Source of the DNA: Eledone cirrhosa
Lineage: Eukaryota
DNA: 64,000 nucleotides
Assembly: GCA_964016885.1 (NCBI GenBank)
Contig: OZ024746.1
Span: 25,172,001-25,236,000 of the forward strand
Direction: 5' to 3'
Below the pieces are notes generated by a model. The model was not told where the DNA came from. It made no database searches and saw only the letters and a list, made by a program, of their open reading frames with translations. The position numbers and the translations under genes were made by a program. Of the stretch, positions 63,971-64,000 are shown piece by piece. The stretch's first letter is position 1. Each line of letters begins with the position of its first letter.

Positions 63971-64000
63971 CAACAGTTGATCGATTTTCGTCAAATCAGA

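Noticed and set aside
63720-63994. YIYI-type ORFs (also at 28461-28866, 34434-34758 and 41690-42015)
   Set aside because: They are translations of (TA)n/(CA)n microsatellites.

Overview
This is AT-rich, repeat-dense animal genomic DNA. The SINE families and microsatellites suggest an octopus or other coleoid cephalopod (inference). Spliced protein genes recovered by reading exons: the last six exons of selenocysteine lyase SCLY (+, 407-9996), a complete B9D2 ciliary transition-zone gene (-, coding 37717-35664, with an RFX X-box upstream), and two tandem two-exon gamma-glutamylamine cyclotransferase (GGACT/AIG2-like) paralogs (+, 43149-47032 and 53346-56503). Mobile DNA includes a full-length CR1-group LINE in the last SCLY intron, a Penelope-like (Naiad-type, RT + GIY-YIG) element, Helitron-type elements, a probable solo LTR, Tc1/mariner MITEs, RTE and Tx1/L1 relics and many tRNA-SINEs. 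Five observations stand out. (1) One GGACT paralog has an N-terminal signal anchor and N-glycosylation sequons, while its twin keeps the hydrophobic frame but has no ATG for it. (2) Hammerhead-ribozyme motifs and a 104-bp fold-back palindrome cluster around the B9D2/GGACT divergent promoter and the GGACT pair. (3) A G_GGA_AAC slippery heptamer links LINE ORF1 to an ATG-less ORF2. (4) A ~19 kb coding-free domain carries several tandem arrays and ends at a clean poly(A) signal, so it may be a repeat-rich lncRNA. (5) That domain contains a strongly strand-biased CCCGA motif. All motif counts were made by eye.
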